Virus record (IMG/VR): IMGVR_UViG_3300027917_000046
Coordinates: 3,078-67,077 of that record
Direction: 5' to 3' (one strand)
DNA from: a virus
Length of the DNA: 64,000 nt
In this document: piece after piece, positions 46,339 to 57,189 of the stretch
Layout of the letters: every line of letters starts with the position of its first letter
Numbering within the stretch: position 1 is the stretch's first letter
Notes under the pieces: model-generated
What the model was told of the DNA's origin: nothing
Databases searched by the model: none
The model's input: only the letters and a program-made list of their open reading frames with translations
Made by a program: the position numbers and the translations under genes

Positions 46339-46805
46339 AATGGGATTTATTCTTCCTTAACATGTGCGATCTCGTATCAGGTCTTTCGAAAGACCCCAGC
46401 ACTAAGACCGGAGCTATCATAGTCCGTCCAGACAAAACTGTGGCGAGCACTGGGTTCAACGGGTTCCCGAAACCCATGAACGATGATTCTAGCCTGTATA
46501 ACGACAGACCCACGAAGTATAGTAGAATCATCCACAGTGAGATGAATGCCTTGCTACATGCACGAGAACCAGTAAAAGGGTACACATTGTACACGACCGG
46601 TTGTTGCTGCGACCGGTGTTTCGTCCATATGGTGCAGGCTGGAATCAAGCGGTTCGTATACTGGGAAGACACCGAGGATATGAAATCCCGGTGGGGAGAC
46701 CAGTTCGGTAAAGTCTCATCATACGCCCTCGAAGCCGACGTCGATCTCGTTCAATACCCTTTAACCTTAAGAGAACGTAAACGTTATAGCGGGCAAAACA
46801 AATGA
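46335..46805 (+). CDS. dCMP deaminase
   Basis: 'SKDPSTKTGA', 'GFNGFP', 'HSEMNA', 'CDRC...QAGIKR'. Confidence 0.9.
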   Translation: MKWDLFFLNMCDLVSGLSKDPSTKTGAIIVRPDKTVASTGFNGFPKPMNDDSSLYNDRPTKYSRIIHSEMNALLHAREPVKGYTLYTTGCCCDRCFVHMVQAGIKRFVYWEDTEDMKSRWGDQFGKVSSYALEADVDLVQYPLTLRERKRYSGQNK

Positions 46806-47125
46806 GAACTGTTTTTGTTGCACTTATGAGCGTAGTTCTATTCTGCATGGGCGGCCTTGGCGTGATCGCTGCTCAAGAAGGGTATGTTCCGTACAAGGTA
46901 ATGAGTCCGCCGACCACCGATCGTGTTAAGCTCGTCGTGAAGTTCATGCCACAGGAAGAAGTAGAGATGTACTGTGGCCCTCGTGCAGAGGGGTGTTATC
47001 TCAAGAACGTTGCCGGCTACGATGACTGGCTTGTGATGATACCCATTAAGGACTTCAATGACGAGCGCAGTCTCTTCATACTAGGGCACGAAATATTCCA
47101 CGCCTTAGGAGCGGAGCATGACTAA
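46802..47125 (+). CDS. Exported protein with HExxH
   Basis: Signal peptide; 'LGHEIFHALGAEH'. Confidence 0.65.
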   Translation: MRTVFVALMSVVLFCMGGLGVIAAQEGYVPYKVMSPPTTDRVKLVVKFMPQEEVEMYCGPRAEGCYLKNVAGYDDWLVMIPIKDFNDERSLFILGHEIFHALGAEHD

Positions 47126-47388
47126 CGTTTATCCCTTGCCTTGCGAAGAGCGATGCAAGCATACGTCCCCGAGAATGCGCCTAACGCTACAGGGATCAAC
47201 ATCCACGGATTTGATACATAGCTCAACACTACTCCGCCGTTGATCACCATCAGGACGGAGGCCATAGACGACGCCTTCCAAATATCATCATGGGCTACCC
47301 ATTTGATATAGGCTGCCCATGCAAAGTCAAGCGCGAACATTAGCCAGAACGTCCAAAAGGCTTGCAGAAGCACTATTCTCTCCCGCAA
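47122..47388 (-). CDS. Small membrane protein
   Basis: Three hydrophobic segments; converges with the plus-strand arm. Confidence 0.6.
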   Translation of the reverse strand: MRERIVLLQAFWTFWLMFALDFAWAAYIKWVAHDDIWKASSMASVLMVINGGVVLSYVSNPWMLIPVALGAFSGTYACIALRKARDKR

Positions 47389-47720
47389 TGCTTGCAGTCG
47401 ATAGGTTCGAGCATGTTCTTGCAGATCCAGTCCGCTGCTTTATATCTCCAGCCTGTGCGGCTGCGCAGGTACCTACGTAGACGATTTGTAATTGTCAACT
47501 CCCTCGGATAATCCAGAAACAAAACGCTGAACAGCAGGACGTTCAGGACAATGTCCAGCACCCATCCTGCCGCAGCGATAGAAACCATGAACCAATAAAG
47601 GAACGGGCTTCTATTTTTAATCTCTTTGGATTTGGGCTTTGTGCTGAAAACGGCGATATATATGAACCATGAGAGCGCTAGAAGCCCCACCAGGTACAAC
47701 GGTGTATGAAGTAGCCACAT
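47373..47720 (-). CDS. Membrane protein
   Basis: AGGAGG SD; 'LDIVLNV...ELTITNRLRRY...HC'. Confidence 0.7.
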   Translation of the reverse strand: MWLLHTPLYLVGLLALSWFIYIAVFSTKPKSKEIKNRSPFLYWFMVSIAAAGWVLDIVLNVLLFSVLFLDYPRELTITNRLRRYLRSRTGWRYKAADWICKNMLEPIDCKHCGRE

Positions 47721-47732
47721 CTTGTTAGCCTC

Positions 47733-50700
47733 CTAGAAGTAGCGAACGCCCGGCGTCGCGCGTTGGAAGTCTTTTAGAAGACCTGCTGTGTCGCCCTGGA
47801 AAGCGTTGACAGTGAGGTTCATCAGCTGTTCAGCTGACGGACCCAGCAGGGACAGACCGCCACCATACTTCATATCCTGTCCCGTGTCAAGTGCTATTTG
47901 CCCCGGACCGTAGATTCCGGCACGTTGGACGCCCCTCATGAGCCAATCTGCTCCATCCCAATCATCGTGGTCGTCGCCCGCGTTGGGCGTCAGGATCGAC
48001 CGCAGCATGTCAGACATAATGATTACAGGCACATAGGAGATCAAACCTAGAGCCGGGGTGTAGTTCCCGTGGCCGAGTTCGCCCGCCATGCGGTTGATGA
48101 TGGTTTGCTGGAATAGGTAGGTGTATTGCTTCAAGTGGGACACCAGAATCCAGTTCGGATCACTCATGTAGATAGGACGGAGAGCCGCGTTCGGACGCAG
48201 GATGGCCTGGTCAACCCACAGGTTGATGGCCGCTCGCATGTTGTCGTTGAGGATAAGGCTTCCGTCCGGATGGGTTTGGACGTCTTCCTTGGTCAGATTC
48301 AGCTCTTTCAGGAACCGTTCGCTGTGCTCATTCACGCCTTTCGCATGCCGAAGGATGAACTGCTGCGCAGCGGCGGAGGCTGAGATACGCATGCTCTTGT
48401 TCCAGTTCTCCATACCGTTATACTTGAAGAAGAGCTCGTTGATCTTCTTCAGAGTCGGTGACATGAACTGGCTCGAATACATGTCCGTAACCACCTGGAC
48501 GTCGTTGGCCGTATTGATGGCGCCGACGAGGGCCGCAAGACCGGCCTTGTCGTCTTTCATCGTCCCTACCAACTCGCGGATCCCACGGAAGAAGGCTTTG
48601 GTGGCCTCGCCAAAGGTACCACCTCTCACCACAATTCCGAGCGGATCCACGATAGACGAGAACAGCGCCAGCGGGAGTAGGCGGATGTTCTGGTAGGTCG
48701 TGACAGCGCCAAACGCAGCACGTAGCTGCGGCGACATATCAGCACCGAGAGTTCCCTCCATCGCCTTCACGGCGTTGTCGAAGGTCTCGAGCTGTCGCTC
48801 AGTCGCACCCTGTTCTTTAGCCTCCTGACGGGCTTTGAGAATCTCCTCGCCGGAATTGCCGAACCGGCTAGTATATTCCCCACGTCGCGCCGCACGGGCT
48901 GTATATTGGGACATAATCCCAAACAGGTTGTTCTCTAGGAACGGGGCCAGCTCTGCCTCCGGGATGGCCGTCATTGTCCGTTCCTGCGTAAAGGGGGCGT
49001 AGAACGTCAAGTTTAGAGTCTCGTCGCCCTGTGAGTTCCCCAGCATGTTGATGTCTCCCACGATGTTGCTGTAGATCTGTTCTGCGTGGGCGATGTTGTA
49101 CTTCTTGAGCAGGTCGAGGAACGCCTGACGGTTGTCGCGCACGTATTGCAAGTTGAACACACGCGGGAAGTAGTTCTTGACCTTCTGCAGATCCTTGTAG
49201 ATCGGGTTGTCGAACTCATCGCGCTTCACCCTTCCTTCTTCGCGGACGATGGTCTTAACCCCGGACTCTTGCAGGTAGTCATACAGTTCATCGAGCACCT
49301 TGCGAACCTCCGCACGTGCAGATTCGAGATCCGGCCGTGTCGGACGGTTTTCGCGCATAGCGCTCACGATCTCCTGCTGATCAGCCTCGGACATAGTCGC
49401 GATGGCCTTGGCCACGCGGTTCAGGAAGCTGTTGTAGACCGTGTGCTTCTCCTGCAAGAACCCCGGACGCTGTCCTTGGGTCCCGGTCTTGATGTGGAAA
49501 TCGTCCATGACCTTGGTCAGCGGTTCGTAGCCGTAGTCCCGCACCGCTCCCGTGGCTGTGTATAGCCACTTATCAAGGAAGCTTCCTAGCGCCGGCCAGA
49601 CGCGGTCCGCAGCCTCACGAGAGGCCATGGGCTTCTCGTTGTTCAGGACTTGCGCGAACGTGTTGCGGTCGGCGAAGCGGCCTTCATGGAAGGCGTGCAT
49701 CAGCTCGCTGGCACCGATGGCGGTGTCGAGCTGGACGTCGTCGGTCCAGATAGCCGTGATCTTACGGAACACGGTCTTGACCTTGTCGAACCAAGTAAGT
49801 GTCTCCGGCCCTACCGGCATCTTGATCTGTCCAGAGGCCCAGAACTGATACATATAAGCCAGCCGTTCAACCGGGTCGTCCAGCTGGTTCAGCGCATCCG
49901 GTTCATCCTTTAGCAGTTCGCGTAGTCGTGCTACCATCGGGGTAGCGTTAGCGGCGTTCTTAAGCACGCGTGCAGCCTTGGCGTCATGGGCCAGCAGCCG
50001 CTTGAAGAAGGCGTGCATAGCCTCGTGGCGAGCCACGCTCATCGGGTCGGCTGCGTTCATAGAGATACGCAGCATCTCGATCGCATCGGTGCCGATGAAC
50101 TCACCCGCTTCCTCCATCTTGGAGAACACGACGATAGCCATGTCTTTGCCGAGGACCTTCTCCACGTATTCCCTCACGTCTTTCTTCTGCTGCTCCGTTA
50201 CGGTGTCCGTTCCGAGCTTGACCTTGGAGAAGATACCACGCATAGCGGCGCCCTCTTCCTGGCCCCACAGGCTCTTCCCGAACTCCTCAATGGATCTGCG
50301 GACCTCTGCTGAAGCGTGGTAAGCTCCGGCCATTATCACAAGCTTCCGCATTTCCGGGTCCTTCACGTCCTTTGCGTATTTATCAACCAGCTCGGGATTC
50401 TCTTTTTCTAATATAGCGGAGAATTCGTCCCGGGAGTAGATCAGACCAGTGAACTCTTCGTATTGTCTTCCGGTCAAGATCGACTGAACCGCGTCTATGA
50501 CCGTATTCGGTAGCTTACCGAACTGCTTCTCCAACCGGTCTACAAGTCTTCCACGCATGATGGCTAGTTCCGGTCCGTCCTCCACACCTACTAGAAGGAA
50601 TCTCGGGTCCTGGATCCGATCGCGATAGTCGATCGGCTTGGCTTCCCGGAAGTGCCCTTCGTGGATCTTCTCGAACATGTAGCTGAGTTTCTCCCCGGCG

Positions 50701-53700
50701 GGCGCCACGAATCCCAGGAACTCCAGGATGCTGCTGAACACGCGTTTCAACTTGGATGACTTCGGTAGAACAAGTTCGCCCGTTGCCCACATAGCGTAGG
50801 CCTGCACGAACAGTTCTTCCGGTGCTTCCAACCAGTGCGACCACATCTCGCTCGAGTAGTTCTTTTTAATAGTCTCGATGATCTTCTTCTGACGGGCCAG
50901 CTCAAGGATCTTAGCTGTGTGATCCTTTCCATACTTACCAGTCATACGGCCCACGATGGCGTGCCCGATCTCGTGGTGCAGCGTGTGCATCCACGTTCTA
51001 CCGAAGCCTTCAGCCCCGTTAGCGTAGATTGAGATGACGTCGTAGATCTGGTTCTGAATGGCTGAGTGCTCGGTAATGAAGATTCCCTCACCAGGATGTG
51101 TATCCGGTTCCAGCTTGAGGATTGTATTGATCTTGCCCAGAACACGTTCAACCTCGTCGTTCATCTGTTTGATGTTGGCTTCACCGAAGACCGCATTTTG
51201 TAGTTCCAACTCCAACGAAGACTGGAAGGTTTGGTATTCCTTCTTCGCCTTGTTGTATTCCGCCATAGCGTCGGCCATGCCGTGTCCGCGATCGGCGGCG
51301 GCTTTTTTTACTGCTTCGCGTTTGAGGTTCAGATCGTCGAGCAGCTCGCGTGCCCGCGCTACGTGCTTCTTCCCTACCTTCTTGCGGATATCCTCAACCT
51401 GGGATTCCCAATTGTTCTTAATCCAGCGCTTCAGCTTCTTCTTGATGTCAGTCAGGAATATGCCCACGGCTTCACGCGGCTTAGCTGTCAGCCCTTCGTC
51501 CTTGCGTAGCTTTCTCGCCTCATTAATCTCGTCCAATTGGTCCTGTTCAAGCACTTCATCGGCTCTTACGATGCCGTGTCCGCCACCAGGTGATAGCTCC
51601 ATCGGGTAAACTAGGGTGTCGCGCGTAGCCCCGCCTAGCTGTCTCTCGATAGCCTTCTGCGACTCCTCGTAGATCTCTTGGTCGGCGGTTTCCTGCTTCT
51701 TGGCCGTGCGGCGTTCTTGCCCAACCGGCAATCTTGTTTCTTCCTCTACGATACGCGCACCTTTTCTGTCCTGCGAGCGACGTGTTGTTCCCAGTTCCTC
51801 GCGCTCAACTTGCAGCGCCTCTGTCGCGTCGGCTTCCTCAGCGCGGGCCATGACATACTCGATGGCACGTTGCAGACGCCGCCATTCCGGGTCTCCCGGA
51901 ACAAGCTGCTGCTTCCCGCCTTCCCTGGTGGGCTTGATTATCTCGTCAGCGACGAAGCGGGCCTGCATGTCGATCAACGGCTCTAGGGCTTCCGCCAACG
52001 AAGCACCTTCGGCCAGATCATCCAGAGCTCCCTCAACGAGAGGCTGTGTAATGTCTGCAGCCTGCTGTTCGCGTTCGTAGTATTCGCCCAGCGCATCTAG
52101 GGCCTTTTCGCGTTGCGGCGTTCCCTTCTTGGTCTTGCGGATGCCCTTACGGAGCTCACGGGCTGTCTTGTTCTGCGGGAACTCAGCATTACGGATCATG
52201 CCGTAGGTGATCTTACGCCCGCCAAACGTTCCGAGATACAGGTTATCCGAGAACTCCGGCACCTTCAATCCCTTGAACTCCGGCATGCTCATAAGGGCCG
52301 AAATACCACGGCCGAACATATCCGATACGAACTTGAGTGTTCCCTCGCGTGATTGCTGGCGCTGGGTCTTCATCATCAGCTTGACCAAACGCGGGGCACT
52401 CAGCTTGTTCTGGTAACCACCTTCGCGCTTGATCGTGAAGACACCTTGTTCCGGCGTGTGGTCACCGAACTGCTTAGGCTCCTTGATGGACTCGAAATCC
52501 ACCTTGCCCAGCTTGAATGTATCCGGGTCTTCGACCTCGATCGTGTATTCGTTATCGCCGTGGCGCTGCACAACGAAGCGGGCCAAGTGCGGCGGGTATG
52601 AGGTTCTCAGCCCTTCGAGGGCGTCCTCGGCCTCGCCACGGTGCTCGTATCTCTTGTCCAGACGCGGGTCGCCCTGGAACTCCGGTGTGGGCGCCAAGTC
52701 CTTCTCGAGGATGGACTGCGGGCCCTCTTCGCGCAACGCGTCCAGCTGGTCCAGCACGTTTTCAGTTTTCTCACCGAACACTTCCTGCATAGCCGCAACG
52801 AAGCGCTTGTTGTATTCACCTTGGCCTTCGATGAAGTCCATCATCTGCGGCGCAAGTTCTTCGTCGATGATCCGGCGTAGATTCGGATCAGCCAAGAACT
52901 GGGCACCCAGGTTTTGGCGCAGAACTCTCTGGACCTGCTGCATACGAGCATTGCCAAAGCGCGTGGACTCGCCAGTCGCACTCTTGATGGTGCTTATAGC
53001 CTGACGACGCCCCTCTCGGTTGCTGAACACTCTACCGGCCGCTGCCTCCAAGAAGGCGTCTGTCTTGTCCCCAAATACCTTACGCAGCCCGCGCAGCACG
53101 CCGGGGTTCTTGAAGCCGCTGGGCTCCTGTAGGAGCTGCCGGATAGACTGGGACATGGCCAGCAGTGACTCCGGAGAAGCGGTGTTCTTGAACTCCGGCA
53201 GGACGTGCTCCATCATAACCTTATGGACCTCGTCGTCCATAGGTGTCCGTTCTTCTATCTCGGTCTTCTGGACGGATCTCAGCCCTTCGTCAAAACGCTT
53301 GCCGAAGACCTTCCGTCGCTCAGACGCTACGAACTGAGACCGGATCTCCGGGTCCGTCGTGTAGCCTCTAAATTGCTCGTTTTCCGGTAGTTGAGCCGCT
53401 TCGGCCAGAATGTCGTCGGTTACCCCGTCGCTCTCACTAAGCACGCGAGAAAGCTCCTCAGCGTCCGTGGTGCCCTCGGAACCCGGGGGTACGTCATTCT
53501 CCCCTGTGGGCACCCGATCCTTCGCCATACGGTCCCTGAACGCGCTCAGGCTGACGTTTGCGCCTACCCCGATCCCCCCGAGGGCCAGACCGCCGATACC
53601 ACCGACGATGGCCGACTCCCGTAGCTGGGCGGTGTCGATCTCATGTTCCGGGTTGACGATCTGACGCCCGAACTCCCCAGCACCTTGCTGCAAGGTTTCT

Positions 53701-54413
53701 GTGACGCTTTCGCCTACCCCTGACTTCAGAAGCTCCTTCGGAGCCTCCTTAACTGTCTCTTTGAAGCCCTTATCGGCTGCGCGGCGGAGCCCCTGCTTGC
53801 TCAGACCTCGGGCCAAACGACCAGCCCCTGACCCTACTTCCAGCAGGCCGCCCACGGCGCCTTTGGCAGCAGCGTGCCCTAGGAGCTCTCCGGCCCCTAG
53901 TTTCTTACCCTCCGGGTCCTCGCGCAACGTCTGAACCTGTTCCCCACCCTCAGCGATACCTGATAGGGCCGCTGTGGCGAATACCGGGTGCTTTGTAAGC
54001 AGAGATGCGCCCACTAGCGGGAGCGTCGAGCCAAAAGCCTGCCCAACACTTTGGGAGACGAACTGAGTCAGATCTGCGAAATCCCGGACCGCCGTCGAGT
54101 CTTTGATCGGCATCCCGATCTTTTGGGAGTCCTCGATATACTTTTCGGCTTCTGCGAACCGACGTTGGGCGAACTCGTCCATACCCATCGCCAGCCCCGT
54201 CTGTCCGACGAAGCTCTCGAAGGTGCTGGCAAGCCCTAGGGCCCCGCCGCGCAGCCCTCTACGGAATGGGCCAGCGGCTTGCGCCTCAGCTTCAAGGGGA
54301 TCGGTAACTGGAGCCTGTTGCCCCAACTCTGCCGTTGCTTCGTCTACAGCTCGACCTTCCGACAGCCCCAACTCAGTTGTGGCGTCTAGAATACGGTCTC
54401 TGCTACGCGCCAT
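47733..54413 (-). CDS. Large internal virion (ejection) polyvalent protein
   Basis: 2226 aa; G/A-rich hydrophobic N-terminus; two HExxH motifs; last of the large virion genes. Confidence 0.8.
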   Translation of the reverse strand: MARSRDRILDATTELGLSEGRAVDEATAELGQQAPVTDPLEAEAQAAGPFRRGLRGGALGLASTFESFVGQTGLAMGMDEFAQRRFAEAEKYIEDSQKIGMPIKDSTAVRDFADLTQFVSQSVGQAFGSTLPLVGASLLTKHPVFATAALSGIAEGGEQVQTLREDPEGKKLGAGELLGHAAAKGAVGGLLEVGSGAGRLARGLSKQGLRRAADKGFKETVKEAPKELLKSGVGESVTETLQQGAGEFGRQIVNPEHEIDTAQLRESAIVGGIGGLALGGIGVGANVSLSAFRDRMAKDRVPTGENDVPPGSEGTTDAEELSRVLSESDGVTDDILAEAAQLPENEQFRGYTTDPEIRSQFVASERRKVFGKRFDEGLRSVQKTEIEERTPMDDEVHKVMMEHVLPEFKNTASPESLLAMSQSIRQLLQEPSGFKNPGVLRGLRKVFGDKTDAFLEAAAGRVFSNREGRRQAISTIKSATGESTRFGNARMQQVQRVLRQNLGAQFLADPNLRRIIDEELAPQMMDFIEGQGEYNKRFVAAMQEVFGEKTENVLDQLDALREEGPQSILEKDLAPTPEFQGDPRLDKRYEHRGEAEDALEGLRTSYPPHLARFVVQRHGDNEYTIEVEDPDTFKLGKVDFESIKEPKQFGDHTPEQGVFTIKREGGYQNKLSAPRLVKLMMKTQRQQSREGTLKFVSDMFGRGISALMSMPEFKGLKVPEFSDNLYLGTFGGRKITYGMIRNAEFPQNKTARELRKGIRKTKKGTPQREKALDALGEYYEREQQAADITQPLVEGALDDLAEGASLAEALEPLIDMQARFVADEIIKPTREGGKQQLVPGDPEWRRLQRAIEYVMARAEEADATEALQVEREELGTTRRSQDRKGARIVEEETRLPVGQERRTAKKQETADQEIYEESQKAIERQLGGATRDTLVYPMELSPGGGHGIVRADEVLEQDQLDEINEARKLRKDEGLTAKPREAVGIFLTDIKKKLKRWIKNNWESQVEDIRKKVGKKHVARARELLDDLNLKREAVKKAAADRGHGMADAMAEYNKAKKEYQTFQSSLELELQNAVFGEANIKQMNDEVERVLGKINTILKLEPDTHPGEGIFITEHSAIQNQIYDVISIYANGAEGFGRTWMHTLHHEIGHAIVGRMTGKYGKDHTAKILELARQKKIIETIKKNYSSEMWSHWLEAPEELFVQAYAMWATGELVLPKSSKLKRVFSSILEFLGFVAPAGEKLSYMFEKIHEGHFREAKPIDYRDRIQDPRFLLVGVEDGPELAIMRGRLVDRLEKQFGKLPNTVIDAVQSILTGRQYEEFTGLIYSRDEFSAILEKENPELVDKYAKDVKDPEMRKLVIMAGAYHASAEVRRSIEEFGKSLWGQEEGAAMRGIFSKVKLGTDTVTEQQKKDVREYVEKVLGKDMAIVVFSKMEEAGEFIGTDAIEMLRISMNAADPMSVARHEAMHAFFKRLLAHDAKAARVLKNAANATPMVARLRELLKDEPDALNQLDDPVERLAYMYQFWASGQIKMPVGPETLTWFDKVKTVFRKITAIWTDDVQLDTAIGASELMHAFHEGRFADRNTFAQVLNNEKPMASREAADRVWPALGSFLDKWLYTATGAVRDYGYEPLTKVMDDFHIKTGTQGQRPGFLQEKHTVYNSFLNRVAKAIATMSEADQQEIVSAMRENRPTRPDLESARAEVRKVLDELYDYLQESGVKTIVREEGRVKRDEFDNPIYKDLQKVKNYFPRVFNLQYVRDNRQAFLDLLKKYNIAHAEQIYSNIVGDINMLGNSQGDETLNLTFYAPFTQERTMTAIPEAELAPFLENNLFGIMSQYTARAARRGEYTSRFGNSGEEILKARQEAKEQGATERQLETFDNAVKAMEGTLGADMSPQLRAAFGAVTTYQNIRLLPLALFSSIVDPLGIVVRGGTFGEATKAFFRGIRELVGTMKDDKAGLAALVGAINTANDVQVVTDMYSSQFMSPTLKKINELFFKYNGMENWNKSMRISASAAAQQFILRHAKGVNEHSERFLKELNLTKEDVQTHPDGSLILNDNMRAAINLWVDQAILRPNAALRPIYMSDPNWILVSHLKQYTYLFQQTIINRMAGELGHGNYTPALGLISYVPVIIMSDMLRSILTPNAGDDHDDWDGADWLMRGVQRAGIYGPGQIALDTGQDMKYGGGLSLLGPSAEQLMNLTVNAFQGDTAGLLKDFQRATPGVRYF

Positions 54414-54422
54414 GAATTACTC

Positions 54423-56054
54423 CTACTTTCTCTGTGACTTCTCGAATTTAGCGATCATGCTGCCATAGACGTTCTGAATGTCCCTGTCCACAGGTGCATT
54501 CGGGCCAAGAAGATTGAACCCTCCACCTGCAAGCTCTCTAACGGTGATAGTATTACCGTTCTTGAGATGGACCAAGTAGCCCCCACCGCCCAGCGTTGTG
54601 CGTTCCACCTTCTTCGGGAGATAAGATGTCAAGTCACGCGACGTGAACCGCTTGATACCGAAGTAATCGCGCAGCGCCTGCATCGCCGACGGGTTGTTCT
54701 TTACGGCCTGTTTAAAACGAGCAGCTGTGAACAAAGCCTCGCGCTGAGGCCCTTTCAGGTTCTTTACTCCAAGTTGAGCCATCGTATGACGGATATCGCC
54801 GGCCAATTCTGAACGACGCTGCGATAGCCGCCCTTCATATGCTTCCTTGGATTCGCCGGCGAAAGGAATGATTGATGTCGATTGCGGCCCTTCACCGCGT
54901 CTGACTTCATCATCAATAGCTTTATCCAACTCTTCTTGGCTTGCTTTCTCCTCAGATAGTTCAAGTTGACGACGAGCTGTTTCGGCGTTGAACGCACCAC
55001 GCAGCCCTTTGGCCTCAGCTACCTCACGGTCGACGATGTTCTTCTCGCGTGCGACATTCGCTTCTTCTTGGTTCTTAGCCAGACGGCTCGTAGCACCATA
55101 CGCGCCGAGCGCTGCCAGCGAACCAAACGCTCCGCCGCCGAAACGACCAACATCCGGTAGCGACGTGCGACCACCTCTGAGACCCTGCACGGTGTTACCC
55201 TGCACGGTGTTCCGATCGCTCAGGGCTCTCAATTCGTCTTGGGTGTATGTTCTGCCCTCGGTGGGACTGCGGCCGATAAACCCTTCCCCCGGTTGCACGC
55301 TGTCCAGCTGCGATCTTACACCTGATGGCGTAGCCGGTGAAGCCGTATCCACAGCCGGTGCCTGCTCCTGCGGGAAAGCATCATTGTTAGGCAATGTGGG
55401 AGTGCCATCACGTAGAGCATTTCTACGTTGGGTCTTCTGAACCAATGCGGTATTTGCGGTAGTAGCGCCGCCTTCGAGCCCGGTAATTGGGCTGTTCAGA
55501 TCGGGCGCCGGGCGACCCGGAACCTGATCCGCAGCTGCTGCCGAAGGGATCAATGCATCTGCGATCGTGCGCAGCGGGTTGAACGACGAAGTCTTTGCAG
55601 GCGCGGTTCGCAGACTTTCTTCCTTCTGCTCACGGCGCTTTGGAGAGAACGCATCGCGGATACTTTTCTTGGCTCTGTCAAAGAACCCCGGCTCTTCCTG
55701 TGCGGGAGCTTCTCCCGCCGGTTTCACCGTTGTGTCCTTTTGATCTGGAATATTGTATTTCTTGCGTAACGCGCGTTCAGCTTCAATGTCTGCCTGTGTG
55801 GGAGGTAGAAGTCCGCCCTCGATGGTAGCATCACTAAGTGGTGCCCCACCTACGCTGTTTGTCTTACCGGTAGCCGGTCTGCCAGAAGAATCCAGATGCC
55901 CGGTACCTTTTAGGAAATCCTCAGCACCAGCGAGCCGCACAGGCGGTGAACCCTCACGCAATCCGCGTGCTGTCCCCCTTCCAGCGGTTCCAGGCGTCTG
56001 ATCAATCAGCTTCGCCTTGCGCTGCAGTTCATCGTCCATGTCGAAAATTGCCAT
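54423..56054 (-). CDS. Putative internal virion protein
   Basis: AAGGAG SD before MAIFD; low-complexity and charged; precedes large ejection protein. Confidence 0.65.
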   Translation of the reverse strand: MAIFDMDDELQRKAKLIDQTPGTAGRGTARGLREGSPPVRLAGAEDFLKGTGHLDSSGRPATGKTNSVGGAPLSDATIEGGLLPPTQADIEAERALRKKYNIPDQKDTTVKPAGEAPAQEEPGFFDRAKKSIRDAFSPKRREQKEESLRTAPAKTSSFNPLRTIADALIPSAAAADQVPGRPAPDLNSPITGLEGGATTANTALVQKTQRRNALRDGTPTLPNNDAFPQEQAPAVDTASPATPSGVRSQLDSVQPGEGFIGRSPTEGRTYTQDELRALSDRNTVQGNTVQGLRGGRTSLPDVGRFGGGAFGSLAALGAYGATSRLAKNQEEANVAREKNIVDREVAEAKGLRGAFNAETARRQLELSEEKASQEELDKAIDDEVRRGEGPQSTSIIPFAGESKEAYEGRLSQRRSELAGDIRHTMAQLGVKNLKGPQREALFTAARFKQAVKNNPSAMQALRDYFGIKRFTSRDLTSYLPKKVERTTLGGGGYLVHLKNGNTITVRELAGGGFNLLGPNAPVDRDIQNVYGSMIAKFEKSQRK

Positions 56055-56064
56055 ATTATTCTCC

Positions 56065-57186
56065 TTATGTGGCATCGACTTCTGCTGTATTCACAGCTAG
56101 TCCATTTATTCCATTCATCGCCGAACCCAGTCCGGTTCTGAAGAAGTCTGACAACCACTTAGCGATATCCCGTCTGTTATCAGTTGTGGCGACAAGCTGC
56201 GACAACTTGTCGCGAGTAACCTGTACTTGCGACGCCCAAATATTACGCGCATGCTCTGCAGCGTTTCTCGAGTTCTCCATATCTATGCGAGCCGACTGGA
56301 TAATCGCGTTCGTTTTCGCCACGAATGCATTTACCTCAGCGGAGTGGATCACTGCCAAAGCCTGGTTCACCGACAGATATGTATCAGCCTGCGCCTTTAG
56401 GGCCTCAAGTTTTGATGTAAACAGCCGAACCGCTGCGTCGTATAGAAATACAGCCATCTCGACCTCTGTCCGCGCTGCGAGTAGTAGTCTATTCTGAATA
56501 GCATTGTAAAGTGCATAATGCTGTTCCTCAGACCGAAGAGCTTGGTCGATGGTCCGAGCCCGATTTTCTACATACAGCCTTGCCCGCTCAAGTGTGATGT
56601 CTCTATTGGTGTCGGACAGTTTCGAAACATAGGCGGACCGCGCTCTGTCCAGCTGCTTAGATAGAATTCCTTGCGGAAGCGGGAACCCAGTAGCGGCATT
56701 TTGCCGCATTACATTCATCTCATTCTCGGATAGTAGCTGCGCTTCACGATCTCGCGTACGGTCGAACAGAGCCTGCTCGTCATTGATATCGATCCCGTAG
56801 CCACCATTAATCAAGTCGTAGAGCAGCTTATCCTGAATCGTAGACATCAAAACGCCTGTATACCCCGGCTCAACATAATTGAATGACACTGTTGGCGCAT
56901 TGGGTGGAGTAAGCAGTTTGATCTGATTGATGATGTCGATAAGCGGGACTTCTGCCAAGGTCGGCGCTGCGGGCGCATTACCGATTCCGGCCGCGAAAGT
57001 GTACCATTGAGTCCCGTTATACAGCGGCGTGGTCCCCACTGATGAAAAATCCACATCAACTAGGTCCTGCAAGGTGCTCAGTGCAGAATTGCCTTCCTCG
57101 ACAATAGCACTAGAGGCCTGCGCCAACCAGTCGGCCACCGCGCCGAAATCGGCGTTTGTTGCCAGAACAGGTAGAGAAAGAGCCAT
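56065..57186 (-). CDS. Putative virion protein (helical)
   Basis: 'EQALFDRTRDRE...AATGFPLPQG' pattern; position in virion module. Confidence 0.6.
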   Translation of the reverse strand: MALSLPVLATNADFGAVADWLAQASSAIVEEGNSALSTLQDLVDVDFSSVGTTPLYNGTQWYTFAAGIGNAPAAPTLAEVPLIDIINQIKLLTPPNAPTVSFNYVEPGYTGVLMSTIQDKLLYDLINGGYGIDINDEQALFDRTRDREAQLLSENEMNVMRQNAATGFPLPQGILSKQLDRARSAYVSKLSDTNRDITLERARLYVENRARTIDQALRSEEQHYALYNAIQNRLLLAARTEVEMAVFLYDAAVRLFTSKLEALKAQADTYLSVNQALAVIHSAEVNAFVAKTNAIIQSARIDMENSRNAAEHARNIWASQVQVTRDKLSQLVATTDNRRDIAKWLSDFFRTGLGSAMNGINGLAVNTAEVDAT

Positions 57187-57189
57187 ATG

